A DNA stretch of 62,897 nucleotides, filler included, from Octopus bimaculoides (Eukaryota): NCBI RefSeq assembly GCF_001194135.2. It is 5 parts of 4 records of this genome, joined end to end, with 100 filler letters (N's around TTAATTAATTAA, not from the genome) between each part and the next. Parts side by side here need not be neighbours in the genome. Positions count along the whole stretch, not along the records: positions 35,400 to 57,809 come from NC_068988.1; 4 more parts are not named here. The stretch is one strand, 5' to 3'. A program made the position numbers and the translations under genes. A model generated the notes under the pieces. The model did no database searches. It saw nothing but the letters and a program-made list of their open reading frames with translations, and was not told the DNA's origin. Shown here in pieces: positions 38,782 through 53,544 of this stretch; position 1 is the stretch's first letter, and every line of letters starts with the position of its first letter.

Positions 38782-39445
38782 TATTTTTCAGGCATTACAT
38801 TAAATGCTAATAACTGAAAATATATCTTCAATTATTCCTTATTTCAATACTGATAAAAATGTTGTTTATGAAACCTGTTTTCTGGAAGGGAACACTACAA
38901 GCATTAGGATGTCGAATTCTAACGCCAACAACAAATTATGTTGTGGTGATGCACTACACATATTACCGTATCCAATTTTAACTCTTTGGAGAAAAGACTG
39001 TGTGAGACATCGTAATCTTCTCACGGTCTTAGAAAATTATAAAGGAAAGATACAATGAATGCTTAGCATACAAAACGAACCATTGAATAGATCATAATAA
39101 AACACATTATATTCAGCGACAAAATTTAACTTCGTGTACTAATAATCGACATCGCAATACTGACATCGAGGTTAAAAGTTAAAGAATTAAAGTAATTTAT
39201 ATATTTAATTAAAACACATTAGTTAAATAAGGTGTTCCCCATTGTATTTCCAACTGATTCAAATAATGCATTACTAGCTCTGTAAAAGCTTTGACATATA
39301 AACTATGAGATACATAGGCACATTTCAGAAAATAGATATAATACAAAATGTAAATATTGTTGTGGTAATTCTACCAGGCATTTGTTAACTATTATATGTT
39401 TATGCTTATTTTTCAATATGCTCCTGATTATGTTTGATAAACAAA

Positions 39446-39478
<33 letters not shown>

Positions 39479-39585
39479 CAAAAACTTCCGATGCATTTCT
39501 GAAGTCATGAATTATTATGGATAATAATAATAATAATAATAACGGACGAAATGTAGCTAAGCATTTCGTCGGGTGTGCTAACAAT

Positions 39586-39822
39586 CCTTATTTCTTTATT
39601 GCCCACAAGGGGCTGAACATAGAGGGGGCAAACAAGGACAGACAGACGGATTAAGTCGATTACATCGACCCCAGTACGTAAGTGGTACTTAATTTATCGA
39701 CCCCGAAAGGATGAAAGGCAAAGTCGACCTCGGCGGAATTTGAGCTCAGAACGTAACGGCGGACAAAATACCGCTAAGAATTTCGCCGGGCGTGCTAACG
39801 TTTCTGACAGCTCACTGACTTT
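39586..39822 (-). mobile_element. SINE family A with a third tail variant
   Basis: Well-conserved head and central domain; tail cccctctatgttcagccccttgtgggcaataaagaaataagg. Confidence 0.88.
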
Positions 39823-40861
39823 AACAGACATATTGAAAACACTCAGCAATCAAATCCTGCAGATGAATAGTATCTTTGATAAAATATTTTATAAAGAACG
39901 TTAAGTATAACCAATTTCAGTTCCTTTAACTTTTATAAACGCATTCATCAAATGGAAAAGTAGATTTAGTGAAAATTAATGAGGTATTTATAAGAAGGCC
40001 TGAGACTTTACCGAGGGAAATTTATTTTGATTCTCTGTCAGAATTTTCAGTTGAACTATAGGAATGTAGTTTGGTATTGACAGGTAAGTGTATTTCGTAT
40101 TCAACAAGAAAGAAAAGATAAGGCACGTTCTCGGGGAATCATACTTCTAAATAACAAGGCAATAAGATCACTGTAAAAAAGTTTGAAGGATATAAATATT
40201 TGGATATGTTCCAAGATGGCAAGGTGAAGCAGAAATATAATGAACGCTGACTTTGAAGAAGAACATACGGGGAATGCCAGAATGATGTTATAGACTAAAC
40301 TAAATGGAAGAAACATCATTGAAGGAGTAGAGAAGTATGTTAGGAAATGTGTAGAGTAGATTATCTATACAGAAACAAAGATCAATGGTAAATGCATGGA
40401 AAGTGAAGAGAACTACAAAAATGAAAGGAAAGAAAGAAAAGATTCAAAAGTGGAAAGATAAAAGAATGCTATGTAGGAAGAATGTCATTCAAACAAAAGA
40501 ACAAAAGATAGAGAAGAATTGATATAAAGCGTGAGCCTCAATATGCTTTCCTCAACTACTAGAAATAACAAGCAAATCTACCTGAAATCATACTATTCCA
40601 TATTAAATAAAAGTATCATTGGATAATATAATCTAAAGTATACTATTCCTAAAAATAAGATGGAATGGTTACTGTTTGAATGACTTGGTCAAAAGTCACT
40701 TACGATAGGGTCAATTGGTGACTAAAGAATAAAAATCTATAAGTGCGTTTGGTTAATTGATGGTTGCGCTTGAACGAAAAAGACAAGTGGCAGCAGAATT
40801 GACACCGAATGTATAAAATAGTGATTTTTATACAGGCCAGATGTCAAAAGCTATTGGTCAG

Positions 40862-40949
<88 letters not shown>

Positions 40950-41461
40950 AAATTTATATAAGGGCATTACTATATAATAATGCCTCACGCTTAGAGGGAC
41001 TAAATAAGTCAAAACTACCAAAAATAAGCACATAATTACCGAAAGCGAGGAAATGCAATTTTTCAAAGTTAGCCTCCTAGAAACATTTAACTTAACGGCA
41101 AACCACTGGTTTCATAATTAATATAGCAAAATCTATGTAGTAAGCTGCATCTTTTATTCATCAGTGCACGTATGGTCGAGACACATAAAGAATAAACAAA
41201 AATCAACATACCCCGATGTACCCAATACAGTACGATGACTTCTGTTCATCCTTATATATATAAAAGCTAGCCTCTTTCACGGATATATAAGGATGAACAA
41301 TTTATGTTACTGTTTCCGAAGCAAGTCTCAGCTGTGCATTGAAATCTTCTATATACATAAATTGTTTTAGAGTAAGACCTAAAATCAGACACATGAAACG
41401 CTAATGAATAGAGTGGAAGACATTTTGGGGTTAAATTTTTCATGTAATATTGACATGTGTA

Positions 41462-41685
41462 AAGCGGCGAGCTGAAAGAAATGTTAGCAAGCTGGGCGAA
41501 ATGCTTTGCGGTATTTCATCTGTCGTTACGTTCCGAGTTCAAATTCCCCCGAGGTCGACTTTGCTTTTCGACTTTTCGACTTTTCGGGGTCAATAAATTA
41601 CGTACCAGTTGCGTATTGAGGTCCATCTAATCGACTGACCCCCTCCCCAAAATTTCGGGCCTTGTGCCTAGAGTAGAAAAAAATA
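41462..41685 (+). mobile_element. SINE family A
   Basis: gcggcgagctgaaagaaatgttagc..gttccgagttcaaattcc..ggggtcaataaattacgtaccag..ccttgtgcctagagtagaaa. Confidence 0.88.
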
Positions 41686-41899
41686 TTGGCATTTTCTTTT
41701 GTGCAAGATGAATAGCACGTTGTCCAACATTTGTTGTTTTGTGATATCCACTCTTCATAACCACCGGTTTTCTTTTTTCATCGCGCCCCTTAATCATCGA
41801 TACTTTTCTTCTTTCCTCGTCCTCTCTTTTTGTACTCGTGATATATACTAAACTGCGTTAAAAGCATTTTCGTATTTCAAGGTTTAATCAATAGTCCAA

Positions 41900-42860
41900 A
41901 CAAATTACATACGAAAATTGCTTTTTTCATCGAAATATATCACTTCGTATTCTATTGTCTGTTGCCATCGATGTGACTGAAGCTCAATTCCTCGCTTATA
42001 CCATGTGACTGGTTTAGGGACAAAAATCTCGCTGCACCCGTTTTCAACCTCAGACACAATGTTGAACCTTTGTCCGTACATGGCTCAAGAAAAGATGGCA
42101 TTATGATTGTGCGAGGTCTGGAAGGCAGACAGGTTTCGGCAACACTTCCGGCCCTTCTAGTTCCTTCAGTTTGCAGTAGGTTACATTATCAGTATATGCT
42201 AAGGCATCGTCACCCTTTAGGAGTACTCGTCATTGCCTGACTAATGATGGTTAGCGGACTTTCAATATATTCGCTGCATTTATTGTTAACAACATGACCA
42301 TCTGGAACAAGCTCAAAATGCAACAAACCCTCGAAATTCAGCCAAACATACAACATGACCTTCTCTTCAAACCTCCCTTGTTTGACGGAAGCCCCGCTTA
42401 TTAGGTTTAAGAAAATAAAACCATTTTCCATCTCTAGTCGCAAGTCGAAGTCAAAAACAGACATCTCGAAGATTTGCCAGTAGCTGTTTGCAAATGTTAA
42501 AAGTCGTCGACATTGGTCAAGGGTTAGTTCATGAGAAACTGCCCGACATCGTCTGTTCACAACCCCGCAGTAATAAAGTGATCCATTGATTGTGTTCTGT
42601 GAAAGATATCATGTGCCGATCATATACGAGTGCTTGTGCTTGGCTGTTGTTCAACCATCCCAAGCAAGGCTTCATCTTCCATAATACAAGGACTCTCTTG
42701 CCTTGGTTTGTGTTTGAGGTTGGTGTCATCTTCCACAAAACATCTGAACTAGTTTTGTGCCACACGTTTGTTGACAGCTTACGCACCTTCCACAGCATTA
42801 CTTTTGTTTACCACCGTCTTTCCACTCAGTCCTTTTCTCCACAGGTAGTGTAAAATAGCT
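41900..42860 (-). mobile_element. Degraded mariner (Tc1/mariner) transposase
   Basis: Frameshifted residues include KVMLYVWLNFEGLLHFELVPDGHVVN, a degenerate YSPDLAPSDYHLF-like stretch (CLPDLAQS*CHLF) and N-terminal RVAQN*F...DEALLGMVEQQP; TIRs not found. Confidence 0.75.
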
Positions 42861-43382
42861 TTAGTTGCAACTTTTTCACTACGTATGGTCTCAGATGTTG
42901 AATTCAGAGAAGGTAATATAATAGGTAGAGAAACAGGCTATGATCAACTAAAATAGTATTTGACTATCACTCTTAAGGAGAGAGTTTTTTTTAAAAACAA
43001 TTTATATCACTTGGTTTCCATAATATATTCACTCTATGGCAGGTATTTCGATGGAAAATAGCCTAAGTGTAGCAACGGTAAAGTTGGAGGCTTTCATTGG
43101 ATTTCCGATTCTCGCTAGCAGTTGAAATGTTGCTATTTCAAGTGAGTTCGTTTGATAGAGAGACTGCGGAAATGGTTAGAGGAAGGAAATATGCACACTC
43201 AGTTTCTCTCTTTCTTTCCTTCTCTCTTTCTCACTCTCCATCACACACAAAAACATTCACATGTATGTATATATACACATGAATATTTACATTATATACA
43301 TATATATATATAATTTGTATAATTTGTATACATATACAATGGTATGTATGTATGTATGTATGCATGTATGTATGTATGTATG

Positions 43383-43417
<35 letters not shown>

Positions 43418-44502
43418 NNNNNNNNNNNNNNNNNNNNNNNNNNNNNNNNNNNNNNNNNNNNNNNNNNNNNNNNNNNNNNNNNNNNNNNNNNNNNNNNNNN
43501 NNNNNNNNNNNNNNNNNNNNNNNNNNNNNNATATACAGATACACAAATGAGTACCTATAAGAATGCAAGGATATCGTTAGAACAACGAATTAAATAATTA
43601 TGTATGATCCACTTTAAAAGTACTTGAAGCCCGCAATAAGATAGCAGATTTTAAAATGAAAAAAACAAATGTAAATTAGGAAATTTGAAGAACATGATCT
43701 AAAAGGTTACAGCTAGATCTAAAAGTTACAGTTTCTAAGCGTTCTTGGTAGACATTCGCATGGAATGGAAATTACTGATTTAAGTTATTTATACCTTATT
43801 GAAAACCCAAGGTACTTATCCTTCCTAGAGAATTATGACCAGAGCCTTCAGCAGCTTGTAGCAATACACCAAAGTGCATATTATCTAATGATAAGTTTCA
43901 AGTCGATAATACCCTGCGTTTTTAGTTTTTGTATCTGGAGAACTACATATATTACACTTTCATTGTGCTCTGTTTAAAATTAAAATAATTCCTCGCATCG
44001 AATGATTCATAATTTTCTCTCAATTATATTTTCCATCTTCGTGAACACACATTTGAAATTCATGATTTGAACTACATATAAAAATATTTATACTTATAAA
44101 TGATATTCTATATGCATACATTTTGATTTTCTATACATACATATTTTATTTCTACTTCTTAAATGTCTTTCCATCGAATTTCTAAATTGTCTTCGCATTG
44201 TCTTAGCAAAATATATCATATCTGGAAATTTTACAGGACTCAGTCAAAACTTATGATATCCAAATATCTATTGAGTATTCAGATACATATCGTTTACCTA
44301 ATTTAACTGATTTTCGTCTATTTTAATCGAGATGGGAAAATAACACTCCGATTAATACTTTCTGAATTGTGTGGCTCCTAAAAGGTTAGTATGTGTTAAT
44401 TCCTTATCATTTCCTCTCCATTTCTTACATTCTCAGTCTGTGTATCATGTACATACATACATGTGTGTGTGTTTATATATATATACATATACATATACAT
44501 AC

Positions 44503-44559
<57 letters not shown>

Positions 44560-45442
44560 CCCATAAACACTCACACGCAAACATACACAAACTCAAAGAC
44601 GCACAGAGACACATGCATATATGTATATATATATATATGTAGTTACACATACATATTCATATGTGAGTAAGTGTGTACATCTCGTGTATCAGTATAGCAT
44701 GCTGTCTATTATTTCCTCATATATCGAAGCCTATGTACGAATGAACATCTGAGTATAATTGATTGCAACTGATTGCATGAATGTGTGCGTAAACCCATCT
44801 ATGTATAATTTGACTATTTCTAAACATCTGCAATCCCTCACTCTCTAAGAGCAGCTCACTGTTTATAAATAATTGATTTCAGAAGTTTTGAAATACCACC
44901 AAACAGTCTTCACTGAATCTATATTTTATTGCCAATATTAGAATGTTACTATTCCTCGAAGGGAAATTATAAAAATAAAATGTACATGCGTCTCTCACTC
45001 TTCACTTTCTTTTTCTCTATCTCTCCATCATTCTCTGTATTTTTGCCAGTCTATCTATTTATCTATGTGTTTATATATGCATCAAGCTATCATTCTAGTT
45101 ATCTGTCTATATCTATCTCTCAATTTTGCAATAAATCTATCAATGTATGTATATATGTGTGTGTATGTATGTGTGTATGCGTGTATACGCATAAAAAAAA
45201 TATATACATATATGTATGTATATGCTTTTTAGGAAGTTATATATGTGTCTGTGCATGCATTCATATCTTCATACATACATATACAGATATACATAGAAAA
45301 TGTGCACACATATATGCAGATATATACATATATTTATTTATATAAAGTAGTATATGAAATATGTATTATTCATGTGTGTATGGATTTAGGTAGGGTGAGT
45401 GTTTGTACGCGGATATATATATGTGTGTGAGTGTGTTTGTGC

Positions 45443-45510
<68 letters not shown>

Positions 45511-45976
45511 AAATTAGAAGCACACATACATTAATATGTAAACCGCTCAATGTGAAATCTGAAAAGCGAGTGAAAACGAAAGAAAGCGAGAAATACTGAG
45601 AAAGGATAGAGCAGAGTGAAATAATGAAAAAATAGAAGTGAAAACAATTTTAAAGAAATAAACGACCAAAATAACAAATGTGATAGGAAATATATATATT
45701 CATATTATACATACATAAATATAGTCATCCTTATCATAAAAACATAGGCAAATAGCTATCGAATCACAACACACATACTGACACTTGGAAACCGATAACA
45801 TCCCAAACATTCAGACACAAGCAGCATTAGTAACTAAAAAAAAAAAAAGAAAAAAAGAATGTTCTCGAAATAAATTATGAAGACAAAATAACTCCTTCCA
45901 GAAAAAAAACAAAACAAAACAAACAAAACAAAGAAATAGCATAAAATCAAATTCTGAATGAAAATGGAAGAAAAAA

Positions 45977-46274
45977 AATAATCTCATAGTCATCACCATC
46001 GTAGTTATCAGCGTCATCATCCTTGTAGTAGTCGTCGTCATCGTCATCATCAGCATCATATTCATCATCATCACCATCATCATCATCAATATCGTCATCG
46101 TCATCATCATCATCATCCTTATCATCATCGTCATTATCATCGTCGTCGTCGTCATCATCGTCGTCGTCGTCGTCATCGTCATCATCATCATCAGCAGCAT
46201 CATCATCATCATTGTCATCATCATCATCGTCATCATTATCATCATCATTATCATCGTCGTCGTCGTCGTTGTCG

Positions 46275-46307
<33 letters not shown>

Positions 46308-46542
46308 ACGTCGTCATCACTCCCCAAAATCAACATTGTCATCATGGGTACCACCACAACAATAAGCACTATTAGCGCCACCATCAACACAGTGACCATT
46401 ACCATCGGCATCACCATCATCATCATAGTTACAACCACCACCAATAGAATCAGCGCCATCATCACCATGATCATCACTGGCATCGTTCCTTTCAAGCTCT
46501 TTCTCATCCTCCTCCTCCTCCTCCTCCTCCTCATCATCATCA

Positions 46543-46581
<39 letters not shown>

Positions 46582-46618
46582 TCATCATCATCATCATCAT
46601 CATCACCACCATCATCAC

Positions 46619-46655
<37 letters not shown>

Positions 46656-46750
46656 GTCATCAGCATCATCATCATCATGTATATAATCTTCATCAACATT
46701 AACATTCAACATCATCATCAACATCATCAACTCCATCACATTCATCATTA
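45977..46750. repeat. Degenerate (ATC)n/(GTC)n/(CTC)n trinucleotide field
   Basis: Produces poly-D/E, poly-M and poly-S/I ORFs in different frames. Confidence 0.9.
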
Positions 46751-47420
46751 CCAGTGTTATAATGTAACTTTCACAACAATGCCAACAATAAATTCATCAC
46801 TGAAAACATAATTTCTAGAAACAAATATAGATAAACTACAACTTAACCCACCCATCCCCCAACGATTCCGCACACACATTCCTCACAATAAAATAACGCT
46901 AAATAAAACAAAGCAACAGAAAGATATAGCAAACTATTTGAGATTTATTGATATTAGGTGAAATTTATTAGGCGTAAAGTCGATAAATGCAGAATAGTCA
47001 GGGTATGTTTGTGGTCCGCACTTAGATGTTTATATTTGCGTTATAATGTGTGTAAGTATGTGCTTATGTTTCTATATATGCATAGATGTATGTTTTGTAT
47101 GTATGTGAGTACGTGTGTATCTGTGTGTGTCTGTGTGTGGGTGGGTGGGTGCTTCTGGCTAGTGGTTTTCAAGACTCATCGAATCCTCACTCAAAATAAA
47201 TGAATATATAAATAATTACATGAAATACAATAAAATGGGAAAATAAGTAACATAGCAATTTGCAGAGGAAAGCAGAGGTTTGGAGAGGGATAAAACGGAG
47301 TAAATTATGAGTTATTGAGAGATGCAGATACGTTTAGAACTATAATGCGGTGTATTTTAGTATCTTAGATGTACTTATATATATATGCATTTATGTATGT
47401 ATGTATGCATATATGCATGC

Positions 47421-47481
<61 letters not shown>

Positions 47482-47537
47482 TACATATACATACATACGC
47501 ACACACACATACACGCACACACTCACACATACACACA

Positions 47538-47585
<48 letters not shown>

Positions 47586-47639
47586 AAAATATTACATAGT
47601 ATAAGTTTTGGGGGCGACTAATGATGGTGTTCTATCATG

Positions 47640-47890
47640 GTCGCTGAAACAAATAAACGGATAAACACATGTTTGTGTGTATATTGTTTATCTGTGTTTG
47701 TCCCCCCACTATCTCTTGACAACCGATGTTGGTATGTTTACGTCGCTGTTAACTAGCGGTTCGGCAATTAGAGACCGATAGAATAAGTACAAGGCTTACA
47801 AAGAGTAAGTACTCATGTAGATTTGTTCGACTAAAGGCGGTGCTCCAGAATGGCTGCAGTCAAAAGACTGAAACAAGTAAAAGAATCAAA
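47640..47890 (+). mobile_element. 3' half of SINE family B
   Basis: gacaaccgatgttgg..gagaccgatagaataagtac..ctaaaggcggtgctccagaatggctgcagtcaaa. Confidence 0.85.
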
Positions 47891-48451
47891 GAATATATAT
47901 ATATATACATATATATTTATATAAATATAGGTATATATATATGTGTACAAAAACATACGCATGCATACATACATACATACATATATACATACATACATAC
48001 TTACATACATACATACATACATATATACATACATACATACTTACATACATACATACATACACACATACACATACACACTCACGCACACACATATATATAC
48101 CAATCCATATCAATATTAGTTGAATGCCGAAATTCTGAATCTCAGCTCTGAATCATACGGCATATGTTTATGCTCCACTTCTTTACACTGTGTATTTTCA
48201 GTCTGCCCCGTAAGCACACACTTACTAATACTGATGCAAACATACTGATGCAGACATAGTGATGCAGACATAGTGATACACACATAAATGTTCATAAGTA
48301 CACACACATCATATACTTATACATTCATAGATGTGTGAGGTGGAAATATGTGTTTATGAATCTTCAATATACATCCGGCAATTTTCGTCTGTTACCTCTT
48401 ATGTTTAAATCTAATTTGATGATTTCAATATGGTATTATTCTTACTAAAGA

Positions 48452-48740
48452 TTATTACCGCCGCCTTAGCTAAGGCGGAGGTATAGCTTTCAGTCGTGTT
48501 TGTTTGTGTGTTTGTTTGTTTGTCCGTGGACTAGATATTTCAAGAACGGCTGGATGGATTCGGATGAAGTTTTCAGTGATGTTTGACCTCGTGACTGGCA
48601 CGAACTGATTATATTTTGGAATCGATCCGGTACTGGATAAGGATTCTGGATTATTTGTTATATTTACTTCACTTTACATGAATTATTACAATCTTACGTT
48701 CTTTCAAGTTTTTCTCTGATTATCTCCCTTGAAAGTACGC
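48452..48740 (+). mobile_element. Helentron-associated interspersed element (HINE/DINE-1-like), 5' part
   Basis: ttattacc start, palindrome ccgccttagctaaggcgg, (GTTT)n tract, then gaacggctggatggattcggatgaagttttcag. Confidence 0.6.
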
Positions 48741-49139
48741 CCATAGTTTCCACGTAAGCTATGGTTGTGTTACTATTTCTAAAGTTTCATTTTCGTTTCT
48801 CCATTATTAATTTTACTCGCGTCTCTATCTAAGTAGAAACTGATGGATAAAGAAATCAAAGTGCATAAACAAACGGCAGCGGAACCGTTCAGAAATCAAA
48901 TAACACTAACATATTTAGTAACAATAATAAATTCAATTTATCCTCGACAGCTTTTAGCTTTACTAATTTTGAATATATCGCTCCTGTTTCAAATCTCTTT
49001 CCTACTTGACAATTGCATTTCTAGATCTTTGCCGATTCATGATGAAATTTACATGCATCGTAGTGCCATCAGCTGAGTTTTCTCGGGACGAGCACAGTGC
49101 GACGGAACTGTTCTGCACGTTCTAATCCAGAGCCCGAGC

Positions 49140-49750
49140 ATTACTGACTTGTGGGTTTATGTCGAACATCTTGCCCTGGTTAATTCTGTAAGAGCGGACA
49201 GCACCCTGTTGTCAAGGGTCTCACATGATCTCTTTCCACGTTACTTAATACTCAAGTATTAATCGCAGACGTTTTCGCTGTCCGCAATAGAGCTGCTATT
49301 TTAACATGTCAATTCCATGTCAATTCCATGTCAATTACTATTTCTTTGAAATATTTACCAGTCTTGGATGTTAGTGCTCTCAGTCCCCACTACAGCCACT
49401 GGGATGACAGTTACTCTCTTCATTGCCCATATTCTTGCAATTTGGTATTTTAGAATCTTATCTTTTCCCGTCTTTTCCAGCGAACAGCCCCAGTCATGCC
49501 AACATATATGTAATCCTGGCTTGATTCATTCTTATATCTACTACAATACTGTCTAGTCTTCTAGGATTAATTAGTAAGTCCTATTAGATGCTAAAATCCC
49601 CAAAGATCTTATTATATTCCTTATTCTCAGTGATGGCTTCTGTATTCTTTCGAGACCGTGTTTCTCACACAAATTCCATTGAACAAACGTAGCCACGTTA
49701 TCATGCCTTCTTTTATATTCCATTTGAACGATTTTGCTCTAATCACTCAG
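49140..49750 (-). mobile_element. R4/Dong-like RLE-type LINE 3' remnant
   Basis: Degraded frames: QMEYKRRHDNVATFVQWNLCEKHGLE ... YQIARIWAMKRVTVIPVAVVG ... AALLRTA; then a likely 3' UTR. Confidence 0.75.
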
Positions 49751-50742
49751 AATATGTGCATTTCTTTCGCTTTTGCTGCCACAAATCCGAGAAAGCTTCA
49801 CTGATCAGCAATGTTTTCTGTCAAGTTTATAAACTTTTGAACGTTTCCCGCTACGTCCGTGTATTAGTGTCACTTGGCAGTATATTTTGCGCCAAAAAGA
49901 AGGCCGAGGCTAGAATATTCGATGTATCGCGAGCATTTTACATTTTTCGTAGTTCTTCGATAATTATTGATCTGGCACGTTCTATTCCGTTGTCTGTTAA
50001 CATTAATGGATATTGTTTTCTAAGTAGAACTCATTTTAGTTCCTGGAGTCTTTTATTGCGAGTTTCAAGGCTTGCAACAATTGTGCAGATTCTTTTTGCT
50101 AGATTAAAGAGAATATTACTCTTCGTATATTTGGGATGGCATGAGGAGAGTAAGTTTGATTAGAATCTGCTTCTCTGTAGTGAATATCTGTTTCAATCTT
50201 TTTAACTCTTTTGATGATTAGTATATCTAGGAATGGTAGTTGAGTTTTACTGTATTCCATGGTAAATTTAATATTATTGATTATATTGTTGATTACATTT
50301 TTAAAATCTCTAAGTTGTTTAAATGTGTGCATTCATAGAATTAGGCAATCATCTAAGTAACGTTTCCAGTTTTCTAGAAGATATTTATGGAAGTTCAAGC
50401 CATATTTTAATTTAGACTGTTCATATATCTGGACCTCCATGCAAGCCATGACTAGATTGGCGTAATTCGGAGCAACTTTTTCCCCCATCACAGTCTCAAA
50501 TATTTATTTGTAAATATTGCCTTTGAAGTCAAAAAAGTTGTTTTCTAGGGTAAAGTTAAATCTTTCAGTGATGAAACTCTTTTCAATTCGGTCGGGAATT
50601 TCATGAGGCAATTTCTCAAGCCAGAAATTTATTGCCTCTAATCAATATTGGTATCACTGTTTATAAAGTTTAAGAGGTGGTTTAACAAGTCCAGGTCTTC
50701 GATTATAAGACTTGGTAAGTATTTTAAAATAAGTTTCAGTAT

Positions 50743-50745
<3 letters not shown>
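49750..50745 (-). mobile_element. Penelope-like element RT (plus decayed GIY-YIG region)
   Basis: LENNFFDFKGNIYK..MGKKVAPNYANLVMA..WKRYLDDCLI..IKFTMEYSKTQLPFLDILI..TDIHY. Confidence 0.88.
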
Positions 50746-50781
<36 letters not shown>

Positions 50782-53497
50782 TAATTTTGGACTGCCCCTC
50801 TCACATCCCAACTGGATTGCTCTTTGAACAGCTGAGACTATTACTGAAGAATTCTTTAACCAAGTTTGAGAGCTACCATTTAAACAATTTGTACATGATC
50901 TTAGATAGAGCTAATGTCATATATCTCTCTCCCTGTCTCTCTCCCTAATACACTATCTATCTATCTATCTATCTATCTACCTTCTTACGTATGTACGTAA
51001 ATACTTACCTATCTTCCTACGTACGTACGTACCTACCGACCTACCTATGTATGCATGTATGTATGTATCAATCTGTATGTCTATCTGTATACACACCGAC
51101 ATACACAAACAAATGCAAGAGCCAAATTTCTTTCTAACATATTTCATTTTTCTTTTTGTGTTCGCCTCGTATGATTCTGTAAAATATTAAATAGTGAGAG
51201 AATTTAAGAACGAAACTATTTGATACTACACTTGCCACTTCTCTCATTCAGTAGCGTATATTTTTTATTCTATTTTTTTTTTTATTTATAGTAAATTTGT
51301 CATAATGATTTTCTTCGAAATGTCGCTCTTTTTATCGTGCAATCAATGTTTTTGAAATCAATTTTCTTCTTATTTTTCAATAAATTATTTGAAAGTTCGC
51401 TATCCTAAGGTTTCTGTCTGATTTTCGGTTCTGTAATTTGTTGTAGTTTGCATTTGACTTTCTGACATGATACCGCCTGAACCAAAATTCTCGCCCACAC
51501 ATATATATTCATGTATATACATATATGCATGCATGTTTATGTGTATGTTAGGAAACATCTGGAAGAATATTTACTGAACAAAGAAAGTTTGGATAATCGA
51601 TTTTTATTTATCTGGTCCCTATGGTTTCCTACTAACAGAAATCAGTAATGTTCATATATAATTCAAAACATAAGCGACACTCCACCATGAAAGCTAACAG
51701 CAGCTTTAATGGTAACGAGTTATTTGTACTTTGTATTCTGCTTGAAGAAATGCTGATGTCAGTCAATAGGAAACCTTAGCTTTGACAGAAACAGCAAAAA
51801 TCTTGTAATATACACACAGACACACATGCATTCATACATTCATACAGACAGACATACATACAGACAGACATACAGACACACATACATACACACACATGAA
51901 GGAGATTTGTGTATCAGTAATAAACTTCTGTGTGTGTAGATACATGAATGCACGTGCATAATTAATTTACTTGTGCATAAAATACAGTTTAAAATAACTA
52001 ATCGAAAGATGACGAAAGTGAGATATGTGACGAAGGAAGAGAAAAAGCCAGTTGTGAAAGGAGATATAAAGATCTCGGTGTAAGCTGTGAATAAATGTGT
52101 GCATAAGTGAGTTTGTGAGTTTTTAGCGAAGCTATTCCATTGCAGAGTCTTTGTGTAAGTCATAAAATATAAAATTTTAAAACTAACGTTAAAAGAAACG
52201 AGGCGGCTTCGCATATAGATGTGGGTGTTTTTGAATATATGCATATATGTGCATTCAAAGTAGTATTTTTCTTTTTCTTTCTGTATGTATATGTATAAGT
52301 ATTTATGTATATACAAATATATGTAGCTATTCCACTATACTCTAAACGTATATATGTCTACGTGCATGCACATATGTATTTGTACGTTTATATGTATGTA
52401 CGTATGTATTTATGAGTGTATGCGTATATATAAACTCTCACACACATGTATACCATTCATCTAACCACCTACATATATATGTTCATGTGTGTGTATGTAC
52501 ATATCTATCTATCTATCTACCTATTTCTCCCCCTCTCTTTCTATATATATATATATATACATACACAGACACACAGACACACACACATATATATATGTAT
52601 ACGTTTCTGTATATGTATATATATATATATANNNNNNNNNNNNNNNNNNNNNNNNNNNNNNNNNNNNNNNNNNNNNNNNNNNNNNNNNNNNNNNNNNNNN
52701 NNNNNNNNNNNNNNNNNNNNNNNNNNNNNNNNNNNNNNNNNNNNNNNNNNNNNNNNNNNNNNNNNNNNNNNNNNNNNNNNNNNNNNNNNNNNNNNNNNNN
52801 NNNNNNNNNNNNNNNNNNNNNNNNNNNNNNNNNNNNNNNNNNNNNNNNNNNNNNNNNNNNNNNNNNNNNNNNNNNNNNNNNNNNNNNNNNNNNNNNNNNN
52901 NNNNNNNNNNNNNNNNNNNNNNNNNNNNNNNNNNNNNNNNNNNNNNNNNNNNNNNNNNNNNNNNNNNNNNNNNNNNNNNNNNNNNNNNNNNNNNNNNNNN
53001 NNNNNNNNNNNNNNNNNNNNNNNNNNNNNNNNNNNNNNNNNNNNNNNNNNNNNNNNNNNNNNNNNNNNNNNNNNNNNNNNNNNNNNNNNNNNNNNNNNNN
53101 NNNNNNNNNNNNNNNNNNNNNNNNNNNNNNNNNNNNNNNNNNNNNNNNNNNNNNNNNNNNNNNNNNNNNNNNNNNNNNNNNGCAACTGATAAAATTGAGA
53201 GGAATGCAAAATAGAGGTGGAGGGCTAAGCGGCAGTGTGTGTGTGTTTAGTGTCTTGCTAAATTAGTTATGTCCTTAATTCTATTTCTGAAACCTAATTG
53301 CTATCGATCCAAGGATATTCTCCACCCCAACATGTTTTTTTTCACACAAACATTCCTACTTTTAGGACTACTGTTTTCATTTTTTTCTCTTATGGTTTTA
53401 GTAGTTATTCTTGGTTTTGTTGTTCTTCTTGATGTTGATGCGGTTGTAGTACTGAAAATAACGATAGAGATGGTGGCAGTCATAAGACTAGCTGAAA

Positions 53498-53544
<47 letters not shown>

